Assembly (NCBI GenBank): GCA_963724295.1
Contig: CAVRUC010000004.1
Coordinates: 160,001 to 224,000, forward strand
Reading direction: 5' to 3'
From: an uncultured Chloroflexia bacterium
GTDB taxonomy: Bacteria > Chloroflexota > Chloroflexia > Thermomicrobiales > UBA6265
DNA length: 64,000 bases
Shown: one piece after another, positions 40,322-51,342 of the stretch
Position numbering within the stretch: position 1 is the stretch's first letter
Layout: every line of letters starts with the position of its first letter
Program-made: the position numbers and the translations under genes
The notes under the pieces: generated by a model
Database searches by the model: none
Seen by the model: the letters and a program-made list of their open reading frames with translations, nothing else
What the model was told of the DNA's origin: nothing

Positions 40322-41164
40322 ATGCTCAGTATCGTGGTAAGTCACGCATCTTCTTCGAGGCCGACAGCAGGCGGCGGGCCGCTGCAGCCGACCACCGCAG
40401 GCGGCGCTCTCCCCGAGCAGGCAACCATTCTGGTCGTCGAGGACGACCCGACGCTGCTCACTACCCTCTCGTACAACCTGTTACGCGAGGGATATCGCGT
40501 GCTCACTGCGGCCGACGGCGAGGCCGGGTTGGCGCTGGCTCGGCGGGAGCTTGCGCAGCTTGATCTGGTCATGCTCGACCTGATGCTGCCGAAACTGAGC
40601 GGCCTCCAGGTGCTGCGCCATCTGCGTGCCGAGACCGACATCCCGATCCTGATCCTCTCGGCGCGCGTCGAGGAGCAGGACAAGATCGATGGCCTGGAGC
40701 TGGGCGCCGACGACTACGTGGTCAAGCCATTTGCCTTACGGGAGCTGATGGCGCGGGTGCGTGCCGGCGTGCGGCGGCGAGCGGTGCCTGCTGCTCAGCC
40801 GCCGTCGGTGCTCTTCCGCGGTCCGCTAAGGATCGAGCTCGAGCGACGCCGGGTGCTCGTCGGCGAGCAAGAGATTCCGTTGCGGCCCAAGGAATATGGA
40901 CTCCTGGTGGCACTTGCCTTTGAACCCGGGCGGGTCTTCGGCCGTCAGGACCTCCTTGACGCTGTCTGGGGCGAGGACGTCATCGTCGACGATCGCACGG
41001 TGGATGTCCACATCTCCTGGCTGCGGGGAAAGTTGTCCGGCGCCGGTTTGAACGCGCAAGCCATCCAAACCGTGTACGGAGCCGGCTATCGGTTCGTGAT
41101 CCCCGAGGATTCGTCGCGCGGGGTCCCACCGGGGAGCACTGCAAGCGGTCTGTCGAGAACGTGA
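40322..41164 (+). CDS. phoB: OmpR/PhoB family response regulator
   Basis: ILVVEDD, LDLMLP, GADDYVVKPF, RTVDVHISWLR and TVYGAGYRF; first gene of the pst operon. Start uncertain. Confidence 0.85.
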   Translation: MLSIVVSHASSSRPTAGGGPLQPTTAGGALPEQATILVVEDDPTLLTTLSYNLLREGYRVLTAADGEAGLALARRELAQLDLVMLDLMLPKLSGLQVLRHLRAETDIPILILSARVEEQDKIDGLELGADDYVVKPFALRELMARVRAGVRRRAVPAAQPPSVLFRGPLRIELERRRVLVGEQEIPLRPKEYGLLVALAFEPGRVFGRQDLLDAVWGEDVIVDDRTVDVHISWLRGKLSGAGLNAQAIQTVYGAGYRFVIPEDSSRGVPPGSTASGLSRT

Positions 41165-41250
41165 GGAGCTCCAGGACCCTTTTGGTCCAGCTCAACAGTC
41201 ATGGGCTGGCACGCGCCAGCCGCACGCTACAGATGGGGAGGAACAACAGG

Positions 41251-42255
41251 ATGGCGGAGTTTCGGAAACTGTCATGGTTGCGCCAGGGGCTGCCGGCGTT
41301 CGCGCTGGCGTGCGCCCTGAGCGCCAGTACGGTGCCGGTGCTCGCCCAGGATACAGACCTGAGCGCGCTTTCGGGGGAGATCGTTTCCGATGGGTCATCG
41401 ACCGTAGGCCCGCTGACGCAGGCGGTTGCCGAGGAGTTCAACGGGCAAGCGCCGGATGTCCAGATCAGCGTTGATATCTCGGGAACAGGCGGTGGGTTCG
41501 AGCGCTTCTGCGCCGGAGAAACCGACGTCCAGAACGCCTCGCGAGCTATTGAAGAGGACGAGATCGCCAGCTGTGCCGAGAACGGCGTCGACTGGTACGA
41601 ATTCGAAGTCGCGTACGACGGCCTGACCATCGTCACAAATCCCGAAAATACGTGGCTCACCTGCATCACCACCGATCAGCTGAAGCAGCTCTGGCAGAAG
41701 GAAAGCCCGGCCAATACCTGGGCGGACCTCAATCCCGACTACCCGGCCGACACGATCAATCTCTACGGACCGGGAACCGACTCCGGCACGTTCGACTTCT
41801 TCGTCGAGACCATCCTCGGGGAAGACGAGGTGCGTGAAGACTTCACGCCGAGCGAGGACGACAATGTCCTGGTCGAAGGCGTGGCCGGGGATGTCAATGC
41901 CCTTGGTTACTTCGGGCTCGCATACTACGAGGCAAACCAGGATTCCTTGAAGGCGTTGGCGGTCGACAACGGTGATGGCAACTGTGTCACGCCAAGTCCG
42001 GAAACGGTGCAGGACGGGACCTACGCACCGCTTTCCCGCCCGCTCTTCGTGTACGTGAAAGATGAGTCGCTGCAGCGACCGGAGGTGCAGGAATTCGTCC
42101 GATTCTATCTGAGCCAGGCGGCGACACTCGCCGCCGAAGTCGGCTACGTCGCGTCACCGGAGGAGACGTACGCGGAGGACGTGGCCAGCTTCGAGGCCGG
42201 AATTTCCGGCACCGGCACGCCCGACAGCGCGGCGGCAGCGACGCCCGCCGCCTAG
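41251..42255 (+). CDS. pstS: Phosphate ABC transporter substrate-binding protein
   Basis: DGSSTV, SGTGGGF, NASR, DSGTFDFF and YAPLSRPLF; signal peptide. Confidence 0.95.
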   Translation: MAEFRKLSWLRQGLPAFALACALSASTVPVLAQDTDLSALSGEIVSDGSSTVGPLTQAVAEEFNGQAPDVQISVDISGTGGGFERFCAGETDVQNASRAIEEDEIASCAENGVDWYEFEVAYDGLTIVTNPENTWLTCITTDQLKQLWQKESPANTWADLNPDYPADTINLYGPGTDSGTFDFFVETILGEDEVREDFTPSEDDNVLVEGVAGDVNALGYFGLAYYEANQDSLKALAVDNGDGNCVTPSPETVQDGTYAPLSRPLFVYVKDESLQRPEVQEFVRFYLSQAATLAAEVGYVASPEETYAEDVASFEAGISGTGTPDSAAAATPAA

Positions 42256-42288
42256 GTACCATCACGCCTCGGCACTAGGAATGCATGG

Positions 42289-42320
42289 GGCCTCCCGGGG
42301 ACACGTGTCCCCGGGAGGCC
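42289..42320. repeat. Perfect 32-bp palindrome between pstS and pstC
   Basis: GGCCTCCCGGGGACAC|GTGTCCCCGGGAGGCC. Confidence 0.8.
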
Positions 42321-42341
42321 GTCTATCCCAGGAAGCTATCA

Positions 42342-43421
42342 GTGTCTGGATCAGCAGACCAGGACCGCCTCGATATGAGGTTGCGAGACGCCGCCGGGGC
42401 AGACCCTGACGCGGGGTTGATCGGGAACCCAAGTGAGCTCATCGCCGGAACTCTGGTCCCATCGATCGAGCAGGGTGTTGCCCCACTGACGGCATTGGGC
42501 GGTTCCGCTCCGGTTACCTTCGATTTGTCCGGAGCCGCGTCCCGCCGCACGTCTGAGCGCATCGTTGGCGCCGTCCTCTGGGTCTGTGGCGCACTCTCAT
42601 TGTTGACGACCGTCGGCATCATCGCGGTCCTGATTCAACAGGCGCTCGTCTTCTTTACCCAGGTTCCGGTGACCGACTTTCTCTTTGGCACCACCTGGAC
42701 CGCGTTGTTCAAGACACCCCTGTACGGTGTGCTGCCCCTGGTGGCAGGCACGTTGATGATCACCCTGATCGCGATGTGTGTCGCTATTCCTCTCGGCTTG
42801 ATGAGCGCCATCTACCTCAGCGAGTACGCCGCGTTGCGAGTGCGCGACATTCTCAAACCGTCGCTCGAGCTCCTGGCGGGGATCCCGACGATCGTCTATG
42901 GCTTCTTTGCCGTCACGTTCATTCGGCCAGATGTTCTGAAGCATATTTTCCCGGGAATTGGTCCATTCAGCGCGTTGGCAGCGGGGATCGCGGTTGGAAT
43001 CATGACGATTCCGCTGGTCGCCTCGTTGAGCGAGGATGCCATGCGGGCAGTGCCACGCTCCCTGCGTGAAGGAGGCTATGCCCTCGGCGCAACCAAGTTG
43101 GAAGTCTCCTGGCAGATCGTCGTGCCGGCGGCCACCTCAGGCATCATTGCATCCTTCATCCTGGCCATGTCTCGCGCAGTCGGTGAGACGATGATCGTCG
43201 CCCTGGCCGCCGGCTCGAAGGCCCAACTGACCGCGAACCCGCTCGAACCGATGCAGACGATGACCGGGTTCATCGTCCAGGCTTTCTCCGGGGACATGGT
43301 GGTCGGCACGGCGCCATATCTGTCCCTCTTCGCCGTTGGGCTATTGCTCTTTTTCATTACGTTGGCACTCAACATGGCCAGTCATCGGGTCGTTGCCAAG
43401 TTCCGGGAGGCGTACGAGTGA
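42342..43421 (+). CDS. pstC: Phosphate ABC transporter permease PstC
   Basis: [28 protein letters not shown] and KFREAYE. Start uncertain (42285, 42342 or 42375). Confidence 0.93.
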   Translation: MSGSADQDRLDMRLRDAAGADPDAGLIGNPSELIAGTLVPSIEQGVAPLTALGGSAPVTFDLSGAASRRTSERIVGAVLWVCGALSLLTTVGIIAVLIQQALVFFTQVPVTDFLFGTTWTALFKTPLYGVLPLVAGTLMITLIAMCVAIPLGLMSAIYLSEYAALRVRDILKPSLELLAGIPTIVYGFFAVTFIRPDVLKHIFPGIGPFSALAAGIAVGIMTIPLVASLSEDAMRAVPRSLREGGYALGATKLEVSWQIVVPAATSGIIASFILAMSRAVGETMIVALAAGSKAQLTANPLEPMQTMTGFIVQAFSGDMVVGTAPYLSLFAVGLLLFFITLALNMASHRVVAKFREAYE

Positions 43422-44332
43422 GCGCGCAGACGACGTTCCGTCCTGGTTCAGTTGCCGCATCTCCGGTGGAGAAGTCCTCCAACCTCGAGGGGCGAAAGAC
43501 AAAGGCCAGCGTCATTCAGTGGCTGCTCTTTCTCGTGACCGCCCTCGCGATGGTGATTCTGGCCGTGTTGATCTGGGATATCACTTCGGCAGGCGCGCGC
43601 TGGCTCTCCCTCGATCTCCTGACGAACACGCCGTCACGAAAGCCGGAAGAGGCCGGTCTTCGTCCCGCACTTCTCGGGACGCTGTGGGTGATCGGGTTGA
43701 CCGCGCTGTTCGCCTTCCCGGTTGGCGTCGGCGCGGCGGTCTATCTCGAAGAGTACGCACCGAACAACCGCTGGACCCGCTTGCTCAAGACCAATATCGC
43801 CAACCTCGCCGGCATTCCGTCGATCGTCTACGGCTTGCTGGGCCTGGGCGTGTTCGTCAGCCTCTTCACGCTGGGCCGGACCATCATTTCAGGCGCCCTG
43901 ACGATGGCCCTCCTGATCTTGCCGGTCATCATCATCGCCAGCCAGGAAGCCATTCGAGCAGTGCCTCCATCGCTCAGACAAGCCGCGTTCGCGCTCGGCG
44001 CGACCCGCTGGCAGGTGGCCCGGGATCATGTCATTCCGGCGGCGATGCCAGGGATCCTGACCGGGATCATTCTTTCGATCTCTCGCGCAATGGGGGAGAC
44101 GGCGCCGTTGCTGGTGGTTGGCGCTGCCGCCTACGTGACCTTCAACCCGACGGGAGTGATGAGCAAGTACACCGCCTTGCCGATGCAGATCTATGAATGG
44201 GCGCGGCGTCCGCAGCAGGAATTTCAGGATCTCGCGGCCGCGGCCATCATCGTGCTCCTGGTCCTCTTGTTGCTACTGAATGCCACGGCAATTTATCTGC
44301 GACAGCGATTCGCCAGAAGTGTGAAATGGTAG
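43418..44332 (+). CDS. pstA: Phosphate ABC transporter permease PstA
   Basis: [17 protein letters not shown] and [10 protein letters not shown]. Confidence 0.95.
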   Translation: MSAQTTFRPGSVAASPVEKSSNLEGRKTKASVIQWLLFLVTALAMVILAVLIWDITSAGARWLSLDLLTNTPSRKPEEAGLRPALLGTLWVIGLTALFAFPVGVGAAVYLEEYAPNNRWTRLLKTNIANLAGIPSIVYGLLGLGVFVSLFTLGRTIISGALTMALLILPVIIIASQEAIRAVPPSLRQAAFALGATRWQVARDHVIPAAMPGILTGIILSISRAMGETAPLLVVGAAAYVTFNPTGVMSKYTALPMQIYEWARRPQQEFQDLAAAAIIVLLVLLLLLNATAIYLRQRFARSVKW

Positions 44333-44408
44333 GCAATGGACGAGTTGATTGCAGGTCGGCCGGTGCGGTGCCTTGAGCGATAGACGATAGAGGAAATAGA
44401 GGAATCTG

Positions 44409-45221
44409 ATGGGCGTGATGCTGGACGAATCCGCGATCAAGAGCCAGGTGGGCAGCGCGGGCGCAATCGTGTCGCTCCGCGACCTGAAGGTCTACTACGG
44501 GAATTTCCTCGCCGTTGCCGGGGTGACCTTCGACGTACCAAAGAATCAGATCACGGCGCTCATTGGCCCATCGGGGTGCGGTAAGAGCACGGTGCTGCGT
44601 TGCATCAACCGCATGAACGACCTGATCCCTGGTGCCCGCGTCGAAGGCCACATTCTCTACCATGGGCAGGACATTTGCAGCGCCCAGGTCGATCCGGTCG
44701 AGGTGCGGCGCCACATCGGCATGGTCTTCCAGAAGCCGAATCCGTTCCCCAAGTCGATCTACGAGAACGTCGCCTGGGGAGCGCGGATCAACGGCTTCAA
44801 GGGGAACATGGACGACCTGGTCGAGCGCTCCCTGCGCCAGGCTGCCCTCTGGGACGAGGTCAAGGACAAGCTGCAGGACAGCGGGCTGGCGCTATCCGGG
44901 GGTCAGCAGCAGCGTCTCTGCATCGCGCGGACACTTGCCATCAATCCGGATGTGATTTTGATGGACGAGCCCGCGAGCGCCCTCGACCCGATCTCTACCC
45001 TCAAGATCGAGGATCTGATGCGGGAGCTGGAGCGGCAATACACGATCGTCGTGGTCACGCACAACATGCAGCAGGCGGCCCGCGTCTCCGACCAAACGAT
45101 CTTCTTTTCGCTCGACGAGCATCGCCATGGGGTGCTCGTCGAGGCGGGTCACACCCGCGACATGTTCACGAATCCACGAGATCAGCGCACTGAGGACTAC
45201 ATCACCGGTCGCTTCGGGTAG
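44409..45221 (+). CDS. pstB: Phosphate ABC transporter ATP-binding protein
   Basis: [36 protein letters not shown] and YITGRFG. Confidence 0.97.
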   Translation: MGVMLDESAIKSQVGSAGAIVSLRDLKVYYGNFLAVAGVTFDVPKNQITALIGPSGCGKSTVLRCINRMNDLIPGARVEGHILYHGQDICSAQVDPVEVRRHIGMVFQKPNPFPKSIYENVAWGARINGFKGNMDDLVERSLRQAALWDEVKDKLQDSGLALSGGQQQRLCIARTLAINPDVILMDEPASALDPISTLKIEDLMRELERQYTIVVVTHNMQQAARVSDQTIFFSLDEHRHGVLVEAGHTRDMFTNPRDQRTEDYITGRFG

Positions 45222-45246
45222 GCAAGAGCTGAGAGGAAATCCATCG

Positions 45247-45912
45247 ATGACACGCGAGCACTATGCCCAGGAACTTACCGACCTGCGTGACAGCGTCGTA
45301 GCCATGGCCAGCATGACCAACAAGGCGATCGACAACGCGGTGACGGCTCTCGCCCAACGAGACATACGGCTGGCCGAGCAGGTGATCGCCTCGGATCGGG
45401 CGATCAACGAGCACCGCTGGCGGACCGAGGAGCAAGCACTGCTGGTGATAGCCACGCAAGCACCGATGGCCAGAGATCTGCGCATGATCGCCGCGGTGAT
45501 CCATATCGTCACCGACCTCGAGCGCATGGCGGATCACGCCGCCGGGATCGCGAAGATCGCGCTCCAGACCGCCGAACAGGCGCCACTCAAACCGCTCGTC
45601 GATATCCCCCGCATGAGTGAGATCGCACGGACGATGCTGCACGATGCCATCACGGCCTTCATCGACGGCGACCAGGCCGCCGCGCGCTCCATCGTTGCGC
45701 GTGATGACGAGGTCGACACCCTCTACGAGCAAATCTATCGGGAGCTGCTTACGTTCATGCTCGCTGACCCGACCACCATCGATCAGGCGACACATCTCCT
45801 GTGGGCAGCCCACAATCTGGAGCGCATTGCCGACCGGGTGACCAATATCTGCGAGCGGGTCGTCTTTGCGGCGACGGGGCAGCTCGAAGAACTAGCGGTC
45901 TCCACGTACTGA
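45247..45912 (+). CDS. phoU: Phosphate signalling protein PhoU
   Basis: QAPMARDLR, DLERMADHA, DDEVD and LERIADRVTNICE. Confidence 0.95.
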   Translation: MTREHYAQELTDLRDSVVAMASMTNKAIDNAVTALAQRDIRLAEQVIASDRAINEHRWRTEEQALLVIATQAPMARDLRMIAAVIHIVTDLERMADHAAGIAKIALQTAEQAPLKPLVDIPRMSEIARTMLHDAITAFIDGDQAAARSIVARDDEVDTLYEQIYRELLTFMLADPTTIDQATHLLWAAHNLERIADRVTNICERVVFAATGQLEELAVSTY

Positions 45913-45990
45913 GCGCATCGCCAGAGTGACCGCGTCATCGGTCTGTGCGCGAGACCACATCTGGCGTGTCTCTTTCGTAGCTGTGCCAAC

Positions 45991-46012
45991 TTGTCAAATC
46001 ATTGTTAAATCG
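45991..46012. promoter_or_regulatory. Putative Pho box (11-bp direct repeat TTGTCAAATCA/TTGTTAAATCG)
   Basis: Reads TTAACA-N5-TTGACA on the minus strand; about 100 bp upstream of ORF 46115. Confidence 0.55.
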
Positions 46013-46114
46013 GCGCCTCAGGCTCCCCGAGGGTGCGTCGCATGCCATAGACTTTGCGGGCCAGCGCCGGTTGAACGTACACCCGCCTGGTTGTGATCGC
46101 GAAGGAGCCCGTAC

Positions 46115-46492
46115 GTGGAGCATGTGACGCCATTCGCGCAGACGCCTTCGACCCCGGAGCCAATCATCGCCCAGGTTCGGCGCCAGCTCGCCGACGACGA
46201 TGGGGTTGGCGCTCGGGTTCCGACCGGCGTTCTCGATCGCGTGGCGGATCAGGCGGTGCGGGAGCTGTGGAGCAGTCGAGTAAAAACGTTCGTTCCCGTT
46301 CTGGCGCTGCGAACGGCGCGGGAACGCCTGCGTGATCAGGGTGTGTTGATCACCGTGGACCTACCAATGATGCGCAACGGCGAGGAAGCACGGGCGATGA
46401 TGCCCCGGGCAGCCGAGAGGACGCCCCAGGACATCGTCCATGTCGAATCGGATATCTTGTCCCTGGATGACCAGGATCGGCTGTCACTCTAG
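46115..46492 (+). CDS. Three-helix-bundle dimerisation domain protein (DUF3562-like)
   Basis: VLDRVADQAVRELWSSRVKTFVPVLALRTARERLR matches the 'R(V/I).xFVP(L/V)L..R.AR..L' pattern. Confidence 0.6.
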   Translation: MEHVTPFAQTPSTPEPIIAQVRRQLADDDGVGARVPTGVLDRVADQAVRELWSSRVKTFVPVLALRTARERLRDQGVLITVDLPMMRNGEEARAMMPRAAERTPQDIVHVESDILSLDDQDRLSL

Positions 46493-46761
46493 GTCTTCAA
46501 CCCCGGTTCACCCCTTCGGATCGCTGCTCACCTGACCAGTGACGCGCCAGGTCGCGGCACGGATTGTCTCCGTCTGGTCGACGTGCAACGAGGGAACTTC
46601 GCCACGCGTCGTCCTTTCCCCGGGGGCTGGTGCGACATATGCACGCAGCCCCCAATCAGGAACCGAGCGAGCCAAGCGTCAGCCGGCATGCCTTAGCAGC
46701 GACCTACCCGCTGACGCGTCCTTCATCATCAGCCTGGATCAGGACCCCAAGTTTGCATTCT

Positions 46762-46989
46762 TCACCGCGGCGAGGCGATGAGCCACGCCAGGCAGGAGAG
46801 CAGCCCGCCCTCGAGGGTGCTGCCGGCGAAGACCTGCTCCTCGGGGAGGTGAAGTGTGACGACCCACCCGGTGTTATCGACCGTCCAGTCGCAATAGCCT
46901 CCGCGCTCGGCAATGGCCGCGCGGAGCATGTCGCACAGGCCCCCTGACACACGTGTGCGATCGGAGCCGACATCGACGAGGGCGACCAT
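46762..46989 (-). CDS. Small hypothetical protein
   Basis: 75 aa ORF with an ATG start and protein-like composition. Confidence 0.4.
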   Translation of the reverse strand: MVALVDVGSDRTRVSGGLCDMLRAAIAERGGYCDWTVDNTGWVVTLHLPEEQVFAGSTLEGGLLSCLAWLIASPR

Positions 46990-47288
46990 AGTATCTGGCA
47001 GATCGGGGTGTGCCGTTCATGACAGCGCAGCCATAATCCCTCCCGGGTTCCCGCAAGGGGGCAAGAGTCGTCCCATGCCGCAGTCTAGACAGAACCAAAC
47101 CCATGGATGCGAAATGTTCATGAAATTACCTGGTCGCCCCGTCGAAGACTGACAGCGCGCCGTTCCACCGGCGATGTCGCCCGGTCCCAGGCGGGGCAGG
47201 TGTCGGCATTTGCTCCATCATTCTTCGGTGGCAATGACGCGCTCGGGCAGAGGTCTTGAGGTACGGCCGAGGAGGACTGGAGAGCGAC

Positions 47289-47771
47289 GTGTCAGGTGAG
47301 ATCAACTCGCCGACGATTCTGCGCGGCGATCAGGTGACCCCCGCCGAATACCGGTCGCTGCTGGCGGCAGTCGAGTGGCGTCCCCTGGAACAGGGTGACC
47401 TCGCACTCGCGGCCGCCTTGGAAGCGTCCTGGAACGTCACCGCCCGCACCTCGGATGGCCAGCTCGTCGGGTTGGCGCGGGTGCTGGACGATGGCGTCCT
47501 GTATGCCAGCGTCTGGGACGTCATCGTGCGCCCGGAACGCCAGCGGAGTGGGATCGGCCGGGCACTGCTGGCCGCAGTGCTGGAGCAGACGGCAGGGCGG
47601 CGGTTGGTCTCCCTGGTATCCACCGCGGCTGGGGAGGCCCTCTATCGATCCGCCGGATTTGCTGAGACGGATGGTCGGAGCACCGCCCTCTTCCGGCGCG
47701 CCCACGAGCCGGAACCGCTTGCCGACGACTGCATGGACCTCACCGGCCACGACGTCGGGATCAACCACTGA
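47289..47771 (+). CDS. GNAT family N-acetyltransferase
   Basis: LVGLARV, VWDVIVRPERQRSGIGRALL and LYRSAGF. Confidence 0.88.
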   Translation: MSGEINSPTILRGDQVTPAEYRSLLAAVEWRPLEQGDLALAAALEASWNVTARTSDGQLVGLARVLDDGVLYASVWDVIVRPERQRSGIGRALLAAVLEQTAGRRLVSLVSTAAGEALYRSAGFAETDGRSTALFRRAHEPEPLADDCMDLTGHDVGINH

Positions 47772-47786
47772 GTTGACGAGAAATCA

Positions 47787-48632
47787 CTACGGCCAGCCGA
47801 CGCCTGGTGCGGGAGCCCTCGCGGTCAGCACCTGACCCTTTGCTCCGCCATCGGCCATACCCTCCGGACCACTCCACTCGTTCGCGATCATGAACAGGGT
47901 CTGCTTGTCCTTGCCTCCGAGCATGCAGGCGAAACAGCCTAGATCAAGCTCGATGGTCTGCAAGACCTCGCCCCCTTCGCGCACGCGCACGCAGCGCTGA
48001 TTGGGGACGTCCCCGTACCAGATGGCGCCTTTCGCATCCAGGCAGATGCCGTCGGGGGCGCCGCCGTCGAGGTTAGCCCACACCCGCCTGTTCGAGAGGC
48101 TGCCATCCGCCATGATGTCGAAGGCCGTCAGCTTCGAGGCGTAGGACTCGGCGAGGATCAAGGTCTTGTTGTCCGGTGTCACGACCATGCCATTCGGGAA
48201 TGCGACATTATCCGCCACCTGCCGGGCCGAGCCGTCGGGGGTGACCAGGACGAGGATCCCGGGAGCGAACTCACCCTCTGGAAAATCGAAGCCGATGTTG
48301 TTGACGTAGGCGTTGCCTCGACCGTCGACGACGATCTCGTTCCATGGGTGCTTACCGAGACTGGTCAGGTCGGCATGAGTAACCAGCGATCCGGCTTCCT
48401 CCCGACGCAGGAGACGCCCCTCACTTCCCGAAACGATCAGCAGGCGTCCATCAGGCAGCCAATCGATGGAAAAGGGAAATGACGGAACGCTAGCTATGAC
48501 CTCGCTCTCACCCTGGAGATCGGCGGCAATGAGCTCCTGCGCTCCCCAGTCGGCGACCCAGAGACGATTGTCGTGCCAGCGTGGTGACTCGGGAAAGACA
48601 AGACCGGTCATCAGCGTCTTCAGCTCAGGCAT
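47787..48632 (-). CDS. SMP-30/gluconolactonase/LRE family protein
   Basis: FPESPRWH, NEIVVDGRG, FPNGMVVTPD and APDGICLD. GAGGAG RBS. Confidence 0.9.
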   Translation of the reverse strand: MPELKTLMTGLVFPESPRWHDNRLWVADWGAQELIAADLQGESEVIASVPSFPFSIDWLPDGRLLIVSGSEGRLLRREEAGSLVTHADLTSLGKHPWNEIVVDGRGNAYVNNIGFDFPEGEFAPGILVLVTPDGSARQVADNVAFPNGMVVTPDNKTLILAESYASKLTAFDIMADGSLSNRRVWANLDGGAPDGICLDAKGAIWYGDVPNQRCVRVREGGEVLQTIELDLGCFACMLGGKDKQTLFMIANEWSGPEGMADGGAKGQVLTARAPAPGVGWP

Positions 48633-49079
48633 TACAGACTCCTCATGCGCGGCAAAAGACTGGCAGGAGGCGTCGCCGGTTGATCTGACCGGCACGGACG
48701 TGTTCGTTGAGCAAGCGATTCATTAGCAGACCCTCCCTCGCATTGGGCTACGTGTGTCATCTACCGCCCTGGGTGCGGCTGGATCGAGGTCCGGCACCAC
48801 CAAGCGCCGCACGCCACGTCCAGGGCTGGTGCTGTCAATTAGTCGCGAGAGGCCGCAGGAAATCGACAACGGCGGCGCGGAGGATGCGATGGCGAGCATT
48901 GAGAAAACGTGGCGTACCCACCCACGTATCCGCTCGACATGGCACTCGACCGCCCGCGGGCCGCGCCGTTGACACTCCATACACGTGGTCATACCATCAC
49001 CGCCCGTCGGAGCAAAACGTTGGCGGGGTTCTTGCGTTGCGGCGATCCCAGGGCGTGGCGCCGCGAGGAGGTGACTGGA

Positions 49080-50072
49080 GTGAAGTTTGGCGTTTTTCTT
49101 CCCTCCTTCATCCAGGGTGAGCCCCAGGACCGTCACGCGCGCCGGCTGCGCGAATTCGCCCGTCACGCGGAAGAATTGGGCTTCGACTCGCTCTGGATTA
49201 CCGACCATATCGTTACCGCCCACCGCTTCTACAGCGTGAGCTGGCTCGACTCCTTGATGACGCTATCGCACGTCGCGGCGATCACGGAGCGGGTCCGCCT
49301 CGGCACCTCGATCCTCATCCTGCCGGTGCGCACGCCGGCGATCCTGGCCAAGGAGATCGCGACCCTCGAGTACCTGTCGGGAAACCGCTACATCTATGGC
49401 ATCGGCACCGGCTGGTACGGACCGGAGTTCGAGGCCTGCGGAGTTCACAAGCCGGAGCGCGGCGCGCGCACGGACGAAGTGCTGGCGGCGACGATGGCGC
49501 TGTTCGCGGGACCGGACGTCCACTTCGACGGGCGGTACTACCAGCTCGATGGGGTGACCGTGGAGCCCCATCTCGATCCACTGCCGCCGGTATGGGTCGC
49601 CGGGGGCAGCCAGCTGCCGCACGAGCAGTCACCGGAACGCCCGGAGATGCACCCAAACGTGCTGCGTCGCATCGTGGAATCAGACGGCTGGATCGCGCGC
49701 ACGACCGCCCCGCCCGAGCTCATCGCCTCGGACCTGGAACTGATCCTGGAGGCGCGGCGGGGCGCCAGGGTGACCAGGCCGTTCACCATTGCCCAGGAGA
49801 ATTTCGTCTGGATCGAGGAAGGGGACAACCGTGACGCGGTCATCGCCGAGCAACAGCGCCGTTTTGCGGGGGTGGTGAGTGCCGAGCGTCCCTGGGACTA
49901 CCTGGCGTCGGTCTATATCGTGGGCACGGTCGACGATATTCAGCGCCAGATCCAGACCCGGGTCGATATGGGTATCGAATACATGATGCTCCACACCCTG
50001 ACCCCGGACCTGGAGCAGCTCGACCTGTTCGCAAAATACCTCGTGCAGCCGTTCGCGACCGCTACCCGCTAA
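49080..50072 (+). CDS. LLM-class (luciferase-like) flavin-dependent oxidoreductase
   Basis: KFGVFLP, AEELGFDSLWITDH, TERVRLGTSILILP and PPVWVAG. Confidence 0.9.
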   Translation: MKFGVFLPSFIQGEPQDRHARRLREFARHAEELGFDSLWITDHIVTAHRFYSVSWLDSLMTLSHVAAITERVRLGTSILILPVRTPAILAKEIATLEYLSGNRYIYGIGTGWYGPEFEACGVHKPERGARTDEVLAATMALFAGPDVHFDGRYYQLDGVTVEPHLDPLPPVWVAGGSQLPHEQSPERPEMHPNVLRRIVESDGWIARTTAPPELIASDLELILEARRGARVTRPFTIAQENFVWIEEGDNRDAVIAEQQRRFAGVVSAERPWDYLASVYIVGTVDDIQRQIQTRVDMGIEYMMLHTLTPDLEQLDLFAKYLVQPFATATR

Positions 50073-50191
50073 AGAGATGGAGACAAAGCTCCTCGTCCAT
50101 CAGTCGATCGAGCTTGGGACTTGACACCGCTTGGTAACCCTGTACGCTGTGGCCGACGTCCCGTTTCGGCGAAGCGCGTGCGGGGGATAGT

Positions 50192-50458
50192 ATGGAAAGC
50201 GGTTTGGGCATCATCTCGTGGATCATCTTCGGCGCGTTGGCGGGCTGGGTGGCTAGCATGATCGCGGGAACGAATCGCGAGCAGGGCTGGCTGGAGAACA
50301 TCATCGTTGGCATTATCGGCGCCTTTGTCGGCGGGTTCCTGTTTGGACTGCTCACCGGACGGCAAACCTACTTCGAGTGGAGCATCGGCAGCTTCGTTGT
50401 CGCCGTGATCGGCGCAATCGTACTGCTCTTCATTCTCAGGTTGATCCGGCGCGCCTAA
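50192..50458 (+). CDS. GlsB/YeaQ/YmgE (transglycosylase-associated) membrane protein
   Basis: WIIFGALAGWVAS...NIIVGIIGAFVGG...AVIGAIVLL. Confidence 0.9.
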   Translation: MESGLGIISWIIFGALAGWVASMIAGTNREQGWLENIIVGIIGAFVGGFLFGLLTGRQTYFEWSIGSFVVAVIGAIVLLFILRLIRRA

Positions 50459-50649
50459 GCTCCCAACGCCCACAGCAACGACCGTCATCGCCGTAGGGCA
50501 TGACGATCATTGTCGTGTCTCTGCCACGACCAGCTGAGAGAACCCCGCGGCACGTTATTTGCACAGAGCAACGGGCCTCCAGGGCGTGGCGGCCTCGGCC
50601 GCAGACCGCCGACAGCCGAGGCCCATAGTGTGCTGCGAGGGACGTCGGT

Positions 50650-51315
50650 GTGAAACATTTCTTGCGGGACAACGGTCTCAGCCTTGTCATGTTCGGGCTG
50701 TTTGCGCTCTTTCTCTACGCCCAGAGCGTCACGGGATTCGCGGTCTATACCGACGAGCAGCGTGAGCACGGCGAGGAGACGATCAGCTTTCCCGATTACC
50801 TGAGCTCGGGCCACTTCATCGAGGCCACGTTCGAGAACTGGGAGAGCGAATACCTGCAGATGGGCGCCTATGTCCTCTTCACCGTCTTCCTGTTTCAGCG
50901 CGGCTCCTCAGAATCCAAAGACCCCGACAAGGAGGAATCAGTCGACGAGGATCCGCGGCAGGCAAAGGATCGCTCCGACGTTCCCTGGCCCGTACGCTAC
51001 GGCGGTCCGGTGCTGAAGCTCTACGAGCACTCACTGGCGATCGCGTTCGTGCTCCTCTTCCTCTTCTCGTTTCTCCTGCATGCGATCGGCGGTGCCCGTG
51101 AGTACAGCCAGGAACAGCTGGCCCATGGTGGTCACGCCGTCTCGACGTGGGAGTTCCTGCACACCAGTGAATTCTGGTTCCAGTCGTTCCAGAATTGGCA
51201 GAGCGAGTTCCTGGCGGTCTTCTCGATCGTGGCGTTGTCCGTCTTCCTGCGCCAGCGCGGGTCCCCGGAATCCAAGCCCGTTGCCGCTCCCCACGCCGAG
51301 ACCGGAACCGCGTAA
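50650..51315 (+). CDS. DUF6766-like membrane protein
   Basis: Duplicated ENWESEYL / QNWQSEFL and QRGS.ESK motifs. Confidence 0.8.
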   Translation: MKHFLRDNGLSLVMFGLFALFLYAQSVTGFAVYTDEQREHGEETISFPDYLSSGHFIEATFENWESEYLQMGAYVLFTVFLFQRGSSESKDPDKEESVDEDPRQAKDRSDVPWPVRYGGPVLKLYEHSLAIAFVLLFLFSFLLHAIGGAREYSQEQLAHGGHAVSTWEFLHTSEFWFQSFQNWQSEFLAVFSIVALSVFLRQRGSPESKPVAAPHAETGTA

Positions 51316-51342
51316 GAGACGAGCATCCGCGATGCCGGCTCC

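Noticed and set aside
48723..49070. Short ORFs between the SMP-30 and LLM genes
   Set aside because: No motif, RBS or consistent coding signal.
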